The translations under genes were made by a program, and so were the position numbers. Below the pieces are notes generated by a model. It was given only the letters and a program-made list of their open reading frames with translations. It was not told the DNA's origin and searched no databases. A stretch of DNA of 64,000 bases from an uncultured Chlamydiae bacterium (GTDB taxonomy: Bacteria > Chlamydiota > Chlamydiia > Chlamydiales > Parachlamydiaceae): NCBI GenBank assembly GCA_963830365.1, contig CAWHMU010000047.1, positions 1 to 64,000 on the forward strand, written 5' to 3'. Below, one piece after another: positions 40,018 through 48,975 of this stretch (position 1 is its first letter; the number at the start of each line of letters is the position of its first letter).

Positions 40018-41214
40018 ATGACACAACCAATAAGTTTTAGCGACCTCGGCCTTGATGCGGCGATATTAAAATCTTTAGAGCGTATGGGGTATAAAGAGCC
40101 CTCTCCCATTCAGGCAGAAGCCATCCCTTTGATCATGCAAGGTAAGGACCTGATAGCCCTTGCCAAGACCGGTTCCGGCAAGACAGCAGCCTGCGCCATT
40201 CCCATCTGCCAGCGCATCAATGTAAACAAGCCAAATGTACAGGCCCTGATCATCGTGCCGACACGCGAACTAGCGCTGCAGTATGCCACCGAAGCTCAGA
40301 AAATCGGCAGCGACCAGGGGGTCAAGGCTTTTGCCGTCTTTGGCGGCGAAAGCGCCACCATGCAGCAATCCAAGCTTAAACATGGCGTGCATGTTCTGGT
40401 GGCCACGCCCGGCCGCCTGATCGATTTCATTTACAGCCGTCAAATCGACCTCTCGCATGTCGAAACGCTGATCCTTGATGAAGCCGACGAGATGCTCAGC
40501 ATGGGCTTTTACGACGATTTGGAATTTGTCATGCAATGTCTCAACCACCCGCACCAGACGCTGCTTTTTTCCGCTACCATGCCGCAGCAGATCCGCAAAA
40601 TCGCCAAGCAGCATATGAAAGAGCCGAGCGAGGTTTTTCTGAATCAGCAGCAGGCCAGCCCCTCTACCATTGACCACCGCTTCCTGCACTGCCATCACGA
40701 GCATAAAGGCCCGGCGCTTGTGCGCCTGATGGAAGAACTAAAACCCAAGCAGGCCATCATCTTCTGCCGCTCGCGCGACGAAGTGGAGAGGGTATGCCGC
40801 GGTCTTAAGCAGAAATTCGACGGTGTGGATTATCTGCATGCCGGCCTAAGCCAGGATATGCGCACTATTATCACCGGCAAATTCCGTACCGGCCGTGTAC
40901 GCTTTCTGGTAGCTACAGATGTGGCCGCGCGCGGACTTGACATCTCAGGCATCACCCATGTATTCATCTATCATCTGGCCGATGACCCAGACATCTACGT
41001 GCACCGTTCCGGCCGTACCGGCCGCTGCGAGAGAGAAGGTATGGTGGTCACGCTTGTATCGGACCGCGAATTGCATGCTATGAAAGGCGTGCTCGAGCAT
41101 ATCAAAAAAGAAGCCGTCTGGATCGGCGAGCCTCCCCAGCCACGCCAAGATGGTGGCGATGGCCGTCCGCCGCGCAGCCGCCCCCCTTTCAGGCGCCGCC
41201 CGCCCGCCAAATAG
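40018..41214 (+). CDS. DEAD-box RNA helicase
   Basis: Q motif PSPIQ, AKTGSGKT, PTRELA, DEAD, SAT, HRSGRTGR. Confidence 0.96.
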   Translation: MTQPISFSDLGLDAAILKSLERMGYKEPSPIQAEAIPLIMQGKDLIALAKTGSGKTAACAIPICQRINVNKPNVQALIIVPTRELALQYATEAQKIGSDQGVKAFAVFGGESATMQQSKLKHGVHVLVATPGRLIDFIYSRQIDLSHVETLILDEADEMLSMGFYDDLEFVMQCLNHPHQTLLFSATMPQQIRKIAKQHMKEPSEVFLNQQQASPSTIDHRFLHCHHEHKGPALVRLMEELKPKQAIIFCRSRDEVERVCRGLKQKFDGVDYLHAGLSQDMRTIITGKFRTGRVRFLVATDVAARGLDISGITHVFIYHLADDPDIYVHRSGRTGRCEREGMVVTLVSDRELHAMKGVLEHIKKEAVWIGEPPQPRQDGGDGRPPRSRPPFRRRPPAK

Positions 41215-41226
41215 CTTAAATGTCTT

Positions 41227-41368
41227 GCGCGAAGCGTTTGGTGTGTGCAAGTCCGCTTGCGCTTTTCCTAAAAACCATCCTCCACCAAATATCTTGAAGC
41301 CTACGCAGCGCGTTTGGAGTGCGCAAGTCCTCTTGCGCTTTTCCTAAGAAGCCATCTTTCATCAGACT
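41227..41368 (+). repeat. two direct REP units left of the RAYT
   Basis: cgtttgg(a/t)gtg(c/t)gcaagtcc(t/g)cttgcgcttttcc at 41227-41268 and 41308-41344. Confidence 0.9.
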
Positions 41369-41397
41369 TTTCTGTGATAAATAATTTGAACGATTAA

Positions 41398-41928
41398 CTA
41401 AAAATCGTCAATCACTTTAACCTTATCGATCTTAAAGCTAGCCACTGTTTGATAGAACGAGGGCGTCGCTGTCTTTTCAAACCAACTTGCAGAACACCAA
41501 GGATATTGAGTGGCTACATTCACCAAGCCATGTCGAACTGGATTTTGATTCACATAATTTAGTCTTGCCAAATATGAATACTGGAATGAGATGTGTCTAT
41601 CCCAATATTGCCACCACACTTGACGGTTTGGTGTATTATCCTTGGCATTTACATACTTTGCGGTTGTCACATGCAAATTTGATAGAAAAGCTGGAAGATT
41701 TTTCGGATCGTTCGGCGATTGAGCAATGAAATGATAATGGTTTGCAAAGACAGCCCACGCCTGCAGCAGCCAATTATATTCTTTTGCCAACTGCAACAAC
41801 GTGTCATGAAGAAATTGCAAGCGTTCTGGCGAATGAAAATGCAATGTCTTGCCATAGGTTGCCGCGGTAATCATGTAGGTGCCTCTGAAAAGCGTTCGAT
41901 GGGCAGGGGCATGCGGCCAATGTTGCAT
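41398..41928 (-). CDS. REP-associated tyrosine transposase (RAYT, Y1 HUH)
   Basis: YMITAAT, NHYH (HUH), WWQYWDRHI, YVNQNPVRHGLV, YPWCSA. Confidence 0.92.
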   Translation of the reverse strand: MQHWPHAPAHRTLFRGTYMITAATYGKTLHFHSPERLQFLHDTLLQLAKEYNWLLQAWAVFANHYHFIAQSPNDPKNLPAFLSNLHVTTAKYVNAKDNTPNRQVWWQYWDRHISFQYSYLARLNYVNQNPVRHGLVNVATQYPWCSASWFEKTATPSFYQTVASFKIDKVKVIDDF

Positions 41929-42016
41929 AGTAGGACCTTTTAAAATATGCATAATTACTAAAATAATTATAATAATTTATATTTTACCGCAATGTATACT
42001 TTTTAACCCCCGGGGG

Positions 42017-42131
42017 CTTTGATGAAAGGTAGCCTCCGGGAAAAGCGCAAGAGGACTTGCGCACTCCAAACGCTTCGCGCATGTATTGTAGTTTTGATGA
42101 ATGATGACTTCTAGGAAAAGCGCAAGAGGAC
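42017..42131 (-). repeat. two inverted REP units right of the RAYT (second truncated)
   Basis: ggaaaagcgcaagaggacttgcgcactccaaacgcttcgcgc (42039-42080); taggaaaagcgcaagaggac (42112-42131). Confidence 0.9.
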
Positions 42132-42142
42132 GTTTGGATTTC

Positions 42143-42928
42143 TTAAAAAGGATGGGAGAGGTCGGGGACGACGACGAGGTCTTGGGATATTTTGGCGCGC
42201 AGCACCTGTTGGATATAGGAAAGGGTAGTGCCGATTGAGGAGTAGCATGAGGTGCATGATCCCTGATAGGAGATGACCAGCTCTTTGTCGTGCAGCAGGT
42301 TCAGCACGGAGACGCCGCCGCCATCCAAAGCGATGTAGGGGCGGATGTCTTGATCCATCACCTGCTCGATGACGGCAATCTTCTGCTTCAGTGTCAGCTC
42401 CTGCCAGCCGGGGTAGCCGCCCGGTACGACCTCTCCCATGTCGATCGGCACGGGAGGGGCGGTATAGGTGTCGGCAAAGGGGATATCGGTGCACTGTTCG
42501 GCAGCTTTGTCGATAGCTTCCAGCACTAAATTAAGATGGGGATAGGTTTCTTTGGGAAAGGCTGGCGTATCGGAGCGGTCGCGCAGCTGCTTATCAATGA
42601 GGTCGGCGCTGATGCGGCGGGCCTGGTCGTAATTTTTACCGACCAGCAATTCGCAGGCGGCTTCGGCGGCGCCGATCAGGGCCGATTGCCCATACACCTG
42701 GAATCTGGCATCGACGATGATGCCGTCGTCCTTATCGACCAGCCAATACAGGCAGACTTCATTGCCATCGGCGATGCTGCCATCTTTGCCATAGGCCAGC
42801 CGCATCAGGCGCGCTTCGGCCTCTTCTTTGCCAAACAATCCGCTGCAGCGCGGCTGGTCGATTTTGGCGATCAACTTCTTGCTATAGCGCGCCCAAGGGA
42901 AGGAAGTGGTCAGTACGGAGAGGCCCAT
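42143..42928 (-). CDS. nifU: NifU-like protein: IscU-like domain lacking the ligand cysteines plus Nfu domain
   Basis: IIVDARFQVYGQS; IRPYIALDGGG and YQGSCTSC Nfu motif. Confidence 0.88.
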   Translation of the reverse strand: MGLSVLTTSFPWARYSKKLIAKIDQPRCSGLFGKEEAEARLMRLAYGKDGSIADGNEVCLYWLVDKDDGIIVDARFQVYGQSALIGAAEAACELLVGKNYDQARRISADLIDKQLRDRSDTPAFPKETYPHLNLVLEAIDKAAEQCTDIPFADTYTAPPVPIDMGEVVPGGYPGWQELTLKQKIAVIEQVMDQDIRPYIALDGGGVSVLNLLHDKELVISYQGSCTSCYSSIGTTLSYIQQVLRAKISQDLVVVPDLSHPF

Positions 42929-42945
42929 GCGCTATGATCCTTAGT

Positions 42946-44127
42946 TTAAGTGGATGCCTTGTTTGGCGGTGTCGTTTGAGGGGCCAGTTTGCGCAGGCGT
43001 TGTACGCTATCGCCGATGATGTCAATAGCCCGGTCTATCTCCTCCTCGGTGGTCTCGCGCGACAGGCTGAAGCTTAAGGCGCTGTGGGCCAGGGATTCTT
43101 CGACGCCGCAGGCAGTAAGCACAAGGCCAATTTGCTGGTGCGTGCCGCCGCCGATGCTGGCATAGACTTTTTTGCGGTTGAGCAGATAGAGCAGGGCTTC
43201 GTTGGCGATGCCGGGGAAGCCTATGGCGGTACAGTTGGGCAGGCGTTCCTGCTGCTGAAAAAATACCACGGCATCGGGCACAAGCGCCATAATGCCCGTT
43301 TCCAATTTGCTGCGCAGGCGCGCCACTTCAGTGCATATCAGGTCGCGCGCATCGAGGGCTTCGCGCGCGGCTTGTCCGAGCGCTGCCAAGCAGGCCACGC
43401 TGAAATTGCCGGCCCGATAGCCTCCTTGCTCAATGCCGCCCAGAATGAAGGGGGAGCATCTCACGTCGTGCCTGATATACAGCCCTCCCGTGCCAGTAGG
43501 GGCATGGAAGCTGTCGCCGCTGAAGGTCAGGAAATGCGCCGGCACATCTTCCCAATCACAAAAGATTTTCCCTAGAATGTTGGAGGCGTCCAGATGCAGG
43601 CGGATGCCGCGCTCGTCGCACAGGGTGGCGATTTCCTCGATAGGATTGATGACGCCTGTCAGGCCGTTGGCCCAGTTCAGTGATACGAGTGCCGTGCGCG
43701 GCGTGATGGTATCGGCAATGGCGGCTGCCGTGATGCGGCCGGTCTTGTCTGCCGGCACCATCTTGCCAAGGCAGCTCAACTGTTCCAGCCGACCGATGGC
43801 CATAATGGCCGGGGCTTCGTCGATGGCGGAGGTGATGAACTGATTTTTGCCGGTATGCACCGTGACATCGAAGTAGGTGGCGGTGACTACATGGTTGATG
43901 CCTTCGGCACCAGAGGAGGTGAAGATGACGGTGTCGCTTTCCTTGGCGCCGATCAAGGCATAGATGCCTCTTAAGGCCTCTTCAATGGCCGGATAGAGTT
44001 GCTGTCCGCGCTGGTGCGGCGCTGACGGCACCCCCCAGCGTTCGGTAAGGAAAGGCAGCATTTTGGCGACAGCCCGTTCGGAAGGACGGGTAGTGGTGTT
44101 GTTATCGAGGTAGATTTCGTTTGGCAT
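42946..44127 (-). CDS. NifS/IscS-like class V aminotransferase-fold protein with degenerate active site
   Basis: IYLDNNTTT, FTSSGAE, HLDAS; SGDSFH replaces SxHK and SIGGGT replaces SGSAC. Confidence 0.85.
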   Translation of the reverse strand: MPNEIYLDNNTTTRPSERAVAKMLPFLTERWGVPSAPHQRGQQLYPAIEEALRGIYALIGAKESDTVIFTSSGAEGINHVVTATYFDVTVHTGKNQFITSAIDEAPAIMAIGRLEQLSCLGKMVPADKTGRITAAAIADTITPRTALVSLNWANGLTGVINPIEEIATLCDERGIRLHLDASNILGKIFCDWEDVPAHFLTFSGDSFHAPTGTGGLYIRHDVRCSPFILGGIEQGGYRAGNFSVACLAALGQAAREALDARDLICTEVARLRSKLETGIMALVPDAVVFFQQQERLPNCTAIGFPGIANEALLYLLNRKKVYASIGGGTHQQIGLVLTACGVEESLAHSALSFSLSRETTEEEIDRAIDIIGDSVQRLRKLAPQTTPPNKAST

Positions 44128-44131
44128 AAAG

Positions 44132-44821
44132 TTATATCGGTGTGAGAGCTTCTTTTTTGAATGAGCCTTTACTATAGTCGTAAATGATGGGCGCGCCGGT
44201 GGCGATTTCCAGGTGCAGTACCTGCTCTTCAGTCAGCTTGTCAAGGTACATGATGATGGAGCGCAGCGAATTGCCGTGGGCCGAGATAAAGACATTTTTG
44301 CCCTGCTGCAGCAAAGGGACGATTTTTTCCTTGAAATAGGGGATGGAGCGTTCGGCGGTCATTTTCAGGCTTTCCCCGTTGGGAGGCGCTGTGTCAAAAC
44401 TGCGCCGCCAGATTTTGACCTGGTCGGCCCCGAATTTTTCGGCCGTTTCGGCCTTGTTGAGTCCCTGCAATTGGCCATACATGCGCTCATTGAGCTCCCA
44501 GCAGCAGATCACGGGGATGGTGCGGGCTAAGGTCTCCGGACTGAAAATTTCGCCCCAGCTGCTGAGCTGGCTGTTTTCGGGGTGCTGGATGACAGGGACC
44601 TTGCCGGAGCTGTGCTCGCTCATGGCCAGCATGGCCGTCATCTGGGCGCGCATCAGGGTGGTGGTGATGATGATGTCGATGGGCAGATCTTTAATGAGCT
44701 GGCCGGCGGCCAAGGCTTCTTCGATACCCTGTGTGGACAGGGGAATATCCACCCAGCCGGTAAACAGGTTTAGTCGATTCCATTCCGATTGTCCGTGGCG
44801 CATCATGATCAGTTTGCTCAT
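44132..44821 (-). CDS. gpmA: 2,3-bisphosphoglycerate-dependent phosphoglycerate mutase
   Basis: RHGQSEWN, FTGWVD, LNERMYGQLQG, AHGNSLR. Confidence 0.97.
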   Translation of the reverse strand: MSKLIMMRHGQSEWNRLNLFTGWVDIPLSTQGIEEALAAGQLIKDLPIDIIITTTLMRAQMTAMLAMSEHSSGKVPVIQHPENSQLSSWGEIFSPETLARTIPVICCWELNERMYGQLQGLNKAETAEKFGADQVKIWRRSFDTAPPNGESLKMTAERSIPYFKEKIVPLLQQGKNVFISAHGNSLRSIIMYLDKLTEEQVLHLEIATGAPIIYDYSKGSFKKEALTPI

Positions 44822-45047
44822 CAGCCCTTCAACTCCTTGCGTAGCTCTTGCTATTCCATCATACTGTACGTCAGCAGAAACGCAAAAGAGAAAAATGCAG
44901 TGTCTGCCATATTAAGATGATAAGGATGGTATTGCCTCATCGCTTGCTGCCAAGCTGCCGGTGCTAGATTGGCTAATAGAAATCCCTTCCGCATGGAGGC
45001 TGTCTGTGGAGGGCGTCTGCGTCAGCGGGCTTGCGCCTGTGATATTG

Positions 45048-46037
45048 TTACATCTTAACGTCTAAGCCATAGGCCTTATTGAAAAAACGCTCGCCGGATA
45101 ATTTATTTATGGCGTTAGTGTAGCCAGTGTTGATGAGGCGATAAGTGTTTTTGCCTGTGTGGCCGACGACCAATTTTTCTTGCAGATCCCCCCATGCGGT
45201 GGTAGATCCTGGGTGTACATTATCTGGATTGACGAAGAAGACGGTAGCAAAAGCGCCAGCAAACATTCTTTCGACTTTATCGCGATCTTTCTCATGCTCG
45301 GCTTTCAACGAAATCGAACTGTTATATACTCCGTCCTGTGTGTGGACGACATTGGCATCGTGTTCATCGTAATCAGCTTGGCTGATGTCAAAGCCGCGGA
45401 AATAATCGATCGTGCCGCTCAAATTGGCGATGCTGGCCGAAAAAGCGGCCAGGAATTTAGGGATTTCACCAAGGCTTGACGCACATAAGGCGCCTAATAC
45501 TTTGCGCGATTCATCGTGCCATGCCAGAAAAGGCGCGGTGATAGCCGTGATGGAAAAGAACGTCACGAATTTGGCGGCGCTTAAGCCCATGGCAAGGGCG
45601 TTGGTGGCTATTCTCAATAGCCCCAACGAACCTTTAAGGAGTGTGCCGATAACAAAGCCGCCGATTTTGCCATAGTCTTGCATGATTTCCTTCATCGTTT
45701 TATCCAACAATTTGCGGTCGGCGGCTTGAAATTGTGCGATATTCTGATTGAGTGCTGCCGGCGGTGTTTGTGAGCCTTGCGTTGTGGGAGGTGTACCGGC
45801 AAGCACCATGCCTGGCATGCTGGTAATGCTTGCACTGCTCATACTTAAGGGGCTGTCATTTTTTATGGAGCTGGTCTGACTGTCGGTTAATGTTGACGGC
45901 GTGGCGGCAGAACTGGCAGGGTCGTCCATCGATGATTTGCGTCGATTGTTATAGATCGATCCTGATGGATAGCCATTTGCATGTCCATAGAAAGGGATTT
46001 TTGAATGAGGTGAACTTCCATCTAGAGCGCTGCTCAT
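45048..46037 (-). CDS. putative T3SS substrate (translocator- or Inc-like): Ser/Thr-rich N-terminus and central hydrophobic region
   Basis: GGAGG RBS; hydrophobic IGGFVIGTLL...AITAPFLAW; same strand, downstream of the chaperone. Confidence 0.65.
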   Translation of the reverse strand: MSSALDGSSPHSKIPFYGHANGYPSGSIYNNRRKSSMDDPASSAATPSTLTDSQTSSIKNDSPLSMSSASITSMPGMVLAGTPPTTQGSQTPPAALNQNIAQFQAADRKLLDKTMKEIMQDYGKIGGFVIGTLLKGSLGLLRIATNALAMGLSAAKFVTFFSITAITAPFLAWHDESRKVLGALCASSLGEIPKFLAAFSASIANLSGTIDYFRGFDISQADYDEHDANVVHTQDGVYNSSISLKAEHEKDRDKVERMFAGAFATVFFVNPDNVHPGSTTAWGDLQEKLVVGHTGKNTYRLINTGYTNAINKLSGERFFNKAYGLDVKM

Positions 46038-46060
46038 AGTGCCTCCGGATTTTAAAACAT

Positions 46061-46312
46061 TTATTTTTTAAAGCGTTCACTAAGTAACCGAATTCCATTG
46101 ATGAGTCTTTGCATATGGTCCGTATTTCTGGCAAGGTAGCTTTGTTTTAGCTTTTCGGCATGCTGTTCGAAAGTTGTGAAGACATTGAAGTATGTTTTCT
46201 TTTTCTCATTCAGCAGCGCAGTTAGTAGCGGTTTAAGGGCTTTTTCCAAATCTTCCTGTAAATCCGGTTCAGATGGCTGGCTTTGGCTTGATGGGTATTC
46301 ATTGTGCATCAT
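46061..46312 (-). CDS. small helical protein coupled to the chaperone gene
   Basis: ATGA start/stop overlap with the upstream SycD-like gene; GGAGG RBS. Confidence 0.7.
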   Translation of the reverse strand: MMHNEYPSSQSQPSEPDLQEDLEKALKPLLTALLNEKKKTYFNVFTTFEQHAEKLKQSYLARNTDHMQRLINGIRLLSERFKK

Positions 46313-46824
46313 GCCTCCTTTTGGAACGACTGGCGGATGGCATCTTTAACCTGCTGGAGGATGGCCAGCACAGTAGGATCGCTGTCAGTTGCACAGTTAG
46401 GAATCAGCTCTTCCATCAAAGCGATAAAATAGAGTGCCGTTTGGCTATCGGCCAGACCCAGGCAGCAGAGCGCGGCATTGATATAGGGCCGTGGATCATT
46501 TGGGTTGAGGATGATGGCTGTTTCATAGGCGCTTTGGGCGGCTGGCAGGTCTCCCTTTTGCTGTTCGCACATGCCAAGGCTAAGCCATTGATTATGCAGA
46601 CAGGGGTTCAGCTGGGTCAGGACTAAAAAAACGTCAGCGGCATCGGCGAATTTTCGTTCGTTGAACAGCTCGATGGCGTAGCTATAAAATTGGCCGAGCT
46701 GTTCATCGGAAAGTTTTAAAACCGCTTGCAGCGAGCTGCCGTTTTCCAGCTCATGGCTGAGGAACTTCTTGGTCAGCGGCCCTTGCTGGTTGATTTCTGC
46801 CATAGTCAGCATTCTTGCTTTCAT
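46309..46824 (-). CDS. SycD/LcrH-family type III secretion TPR chaperone
   Basis: YSYAIELFNERKFADAADVFLVLTQLNP, WLSLGMCEQ, NPNDPRPYINAALC. Confidence 0.85.
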   Translation of the reverse strand: MKARMLTMAEINQQGPLTKKFLSHELENGSSLQAVLKLSDEQLGQFYSYAIELFNERKFADAADVFLVLTQLNPCLHNQWLSLGMCEQQKGDLPAAQSAYETAIILNPNDPRPYINAALCCLGLADSQTALYFIALMEELIPNCATDSDPTVLAILQQVKDAIRQSFQKEA

Positions 46825-46984
46825 AAAATTTTCTCGCTAAATTTCAAGAAACGCTCATAAACTGAATTATAACATAATATTTTTTTTAAAAATAAGAAAA
46901 AGCAACTAGCTCGCGGTATGCATTGCTGTTTTATTATAATTCGTTTAATATAAGACTCTTTAAAAGCTGGATAGATGTAAATTT

Positions 46985-47695
46985 ATGGATAATGCCACTA
47001 CAAAAATGAGATTGAGCAAGTTTCTGGCCGCCTCGGGCGTCGCTTCGCGGCGTGCCTGCGAAGAACTGATTTTTGCCGGCAAAGTGAGCGTCAATGGGGT
47101 CGTGGTCTTGCTGCCGCAAACGCTGGTCAATGAAAAAGACAAAATTGTCATTGATGAAAAGCGCGTGAATAAGGCCGAACCCAAGGTCTATTTTCTGCTC
47201 AATAAACCGGCGGGTTATGTATGTACCACCAAAAAAAATAACAGCACCAAGATTGTGTTAGACCTCTTTAGCGAGGTGGATTACCGCCTCTTTACCGTCG
47301 GCCGCTTGGATAAGGATACGCAAGGGCTACTGCTGGTGACCAACGACGGGCACTTTGCCAACCAGGTGATCCACCCCTCGGCAGAAATTCAAAAAGAATA
47401 TTTAGTTAAGACTGATGCCGAAGTCACTGCTGACCACTTGACGGCCATTTCCAGCGGCACGCTGGTAGAAGGGGTCTATGTAAGGCCCATCCGCGTGACC
47501 AAAGTCCGCCGCGGCACGCTCAAAATAACCATCGGTGAAGGTAAAAAGCGCGAAGTGCGCCTACTCATGGAAGCTGCCGGCTTGGCAGTCAAAGAACTTA
47601 CCCGCATACGCATCGGCAACTTGCATTTGGGACCCCTGCCACCAGGTAGCTGGCGCCCCCTGACAGAAAAAGATAAAGGCTTAATTTTTGAATAG
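46985..47695 (+). CDS. rluB: RsuA/RluB-family pseudouridine synthase
   Basis: S4 domain RLSKFLAASGVASRR, GRLDKDTQGLLL, EGKKREVR. Confidence 0.9.
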   Translation: MDNATTKMRLSKFLAASGVASRRACEELIFAGKVSVNGVVVLLPQTLVNEKDKIVIDEKRVNKAEPKVYFLLNKPAGYVCTTKKNNSTKIVLDLFSEVDYRLFTVGRLDKDTQGLLLVTNDGHFANQVIHPSAEIQKEYLVKTDAEVTADHLTAISSGTLVEGVYVRPIRVTKVRRGTLKITIGEGKKREVRLLMEAAGLAVKELTRIRIGNLHLGPLPPGSWRPLTEKDKGLIFE

Positions 47696-47699
47696 ACTT

Positions 47700-48875
47700 A
47701 TGAAAAAACAAAAAAAAACACTCACTGCTGATCTTGAAACCGTGATGCCGATTCTCATCGGCGTATGGCGGCGTATGAACAAATTGTCCGGACCGCCCGA
47801 CAAGCTGCAGACGCGCGAATTCCGCAGCGTGGTGGAAGCCGTGCAGCAGTTGCAGGCAGGTTTTGCCGACGGCAAAACATTGATCGGTACGGATTATTTC
47901 GCCGATCCGCAGCTGCTTGGCGCCTATCTGCTCTATCAATGGGTCGTGCACTATCAGCAAGGACTTTCCCTAATTGGCGAGCTGCCCAATGCGCCCAAGC
48001 GCGTTTTGGACGTATGCAGCGGGCCTGCAGCCTTTTCCTTTGCCGCTTTGCGGCATGGGGCCGAAGAAGTCATCGCCACCGATCAGAATCTGCAGGCCAT
48101 GCAGCTGGGCGGGGAGATTTGCGGCCGCTATGGCTTGACGCTTTCGCTGCGCAAATGGAACTGCCTCAAGCAGAATCTGCCGGTGGAAGGGAAATTCGAT
48201 CTGATCATAGTGGGGCATTGCCTGGAAGAGTTATTTCCAAGCACTAAAGCCGGCTATCTCGACGATCAGCGCCTTTTCCTGGATCGCCTGATTGCGCGCT
48301 TGACGCCGGAAGGCTATCTGCTGATCGTCGGCAATTCATATCCTGAAGTCAATAAGCGTATCTTGCAATTGCGCGATGATATGGTAGCTCAAGGCATACC
48401 TGTGCAAGCACCTTGTATCTGGCGCGGCGAATGCCCGGCCCTTAAAACAGCAAACAGTCCATGCTACGCCCAGCGCGAATTTGAAAAGCCTTTCCTGATC
48501 AAGGAAATTCAACGTGCCGCCGCGATCAATCTAAGCTCGCTCAAGATGACATATGTCATCTTCCGCCATCCATCAGCCGGCTGGCCGTATGTGGGGGATA
48601 AAAAACTCTACCGTGTTATCAGTCCGCCGGTGGATTCCTTCAGCGGCAAGCGTTTCTACCTTTGCGGCAGCGATGGCAAAAAGCAGCTCGGGTCGCATCT
48701 TACAGAGCATCCTGTGGAATCGCGGGCCTTTGAATATCTGCGCCGCGGCGAGTTGATATCCTTTAGCGGGGCGTTGGAAAACCAAAGCGCCATCGATATT
48801 ATTGAAGGGACGGCAGTGCATATAGAAGCGGCCTGCGGCAAGCCAGTACCCGAAGAAGGAAATAATGTGATGTGA
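47700..48875 (+). CDS. Rsm22/METTL17-like SAM-dependent methyltransferase
   Basis: LGAYLLY, RVLDVCSGPA, APCIWRGECP...PCY; alternative TTG start at 47688. Confidence 0.75.
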   Translation: MKKQKKTLTADLETVMPILIGVWRRMNKLSGPPDKLQTREFRSVVEAVQQLQAGFADGKTLIGTDYFADPQLLGAYLLYQWVVHYQQGLSLIGELPNAPKRVLDVCSGPAAFSFAALRHGAEEVIATDQNLQAMQLGGEICGRYGLTLSLRKWNCLKQNLPVEGKFDLIIVGHCLEELFPSTKAGYLDDQRLFLDRLIARLTPEGYLLIVGNSYPEVNKRILQLRDDMVAQGIPVQAPCIWRGECPALKTANSPCYAQREFEKPFLIKEIQRAAAINLSSLKMTYVIFRHPSAGWPYVGDKKLYRVISPPVDSFSGKRFYLCGSDGKKQLGSHLTEHPVESRAFEYLRRGELISFSGALENQSAIDIIEGTAVHIEAACGKPVPEEGNNVM

Positions 48876-48975
48876 TTTAAGCATTTGTGGCCGAAATATG
48901 ACGAACCTAAGCGCGTGGTATAAGGCCGTGGTATAAGGCCCAGGTGTGATTAAGTGTCTTTTGTGAGTTAAGTGT

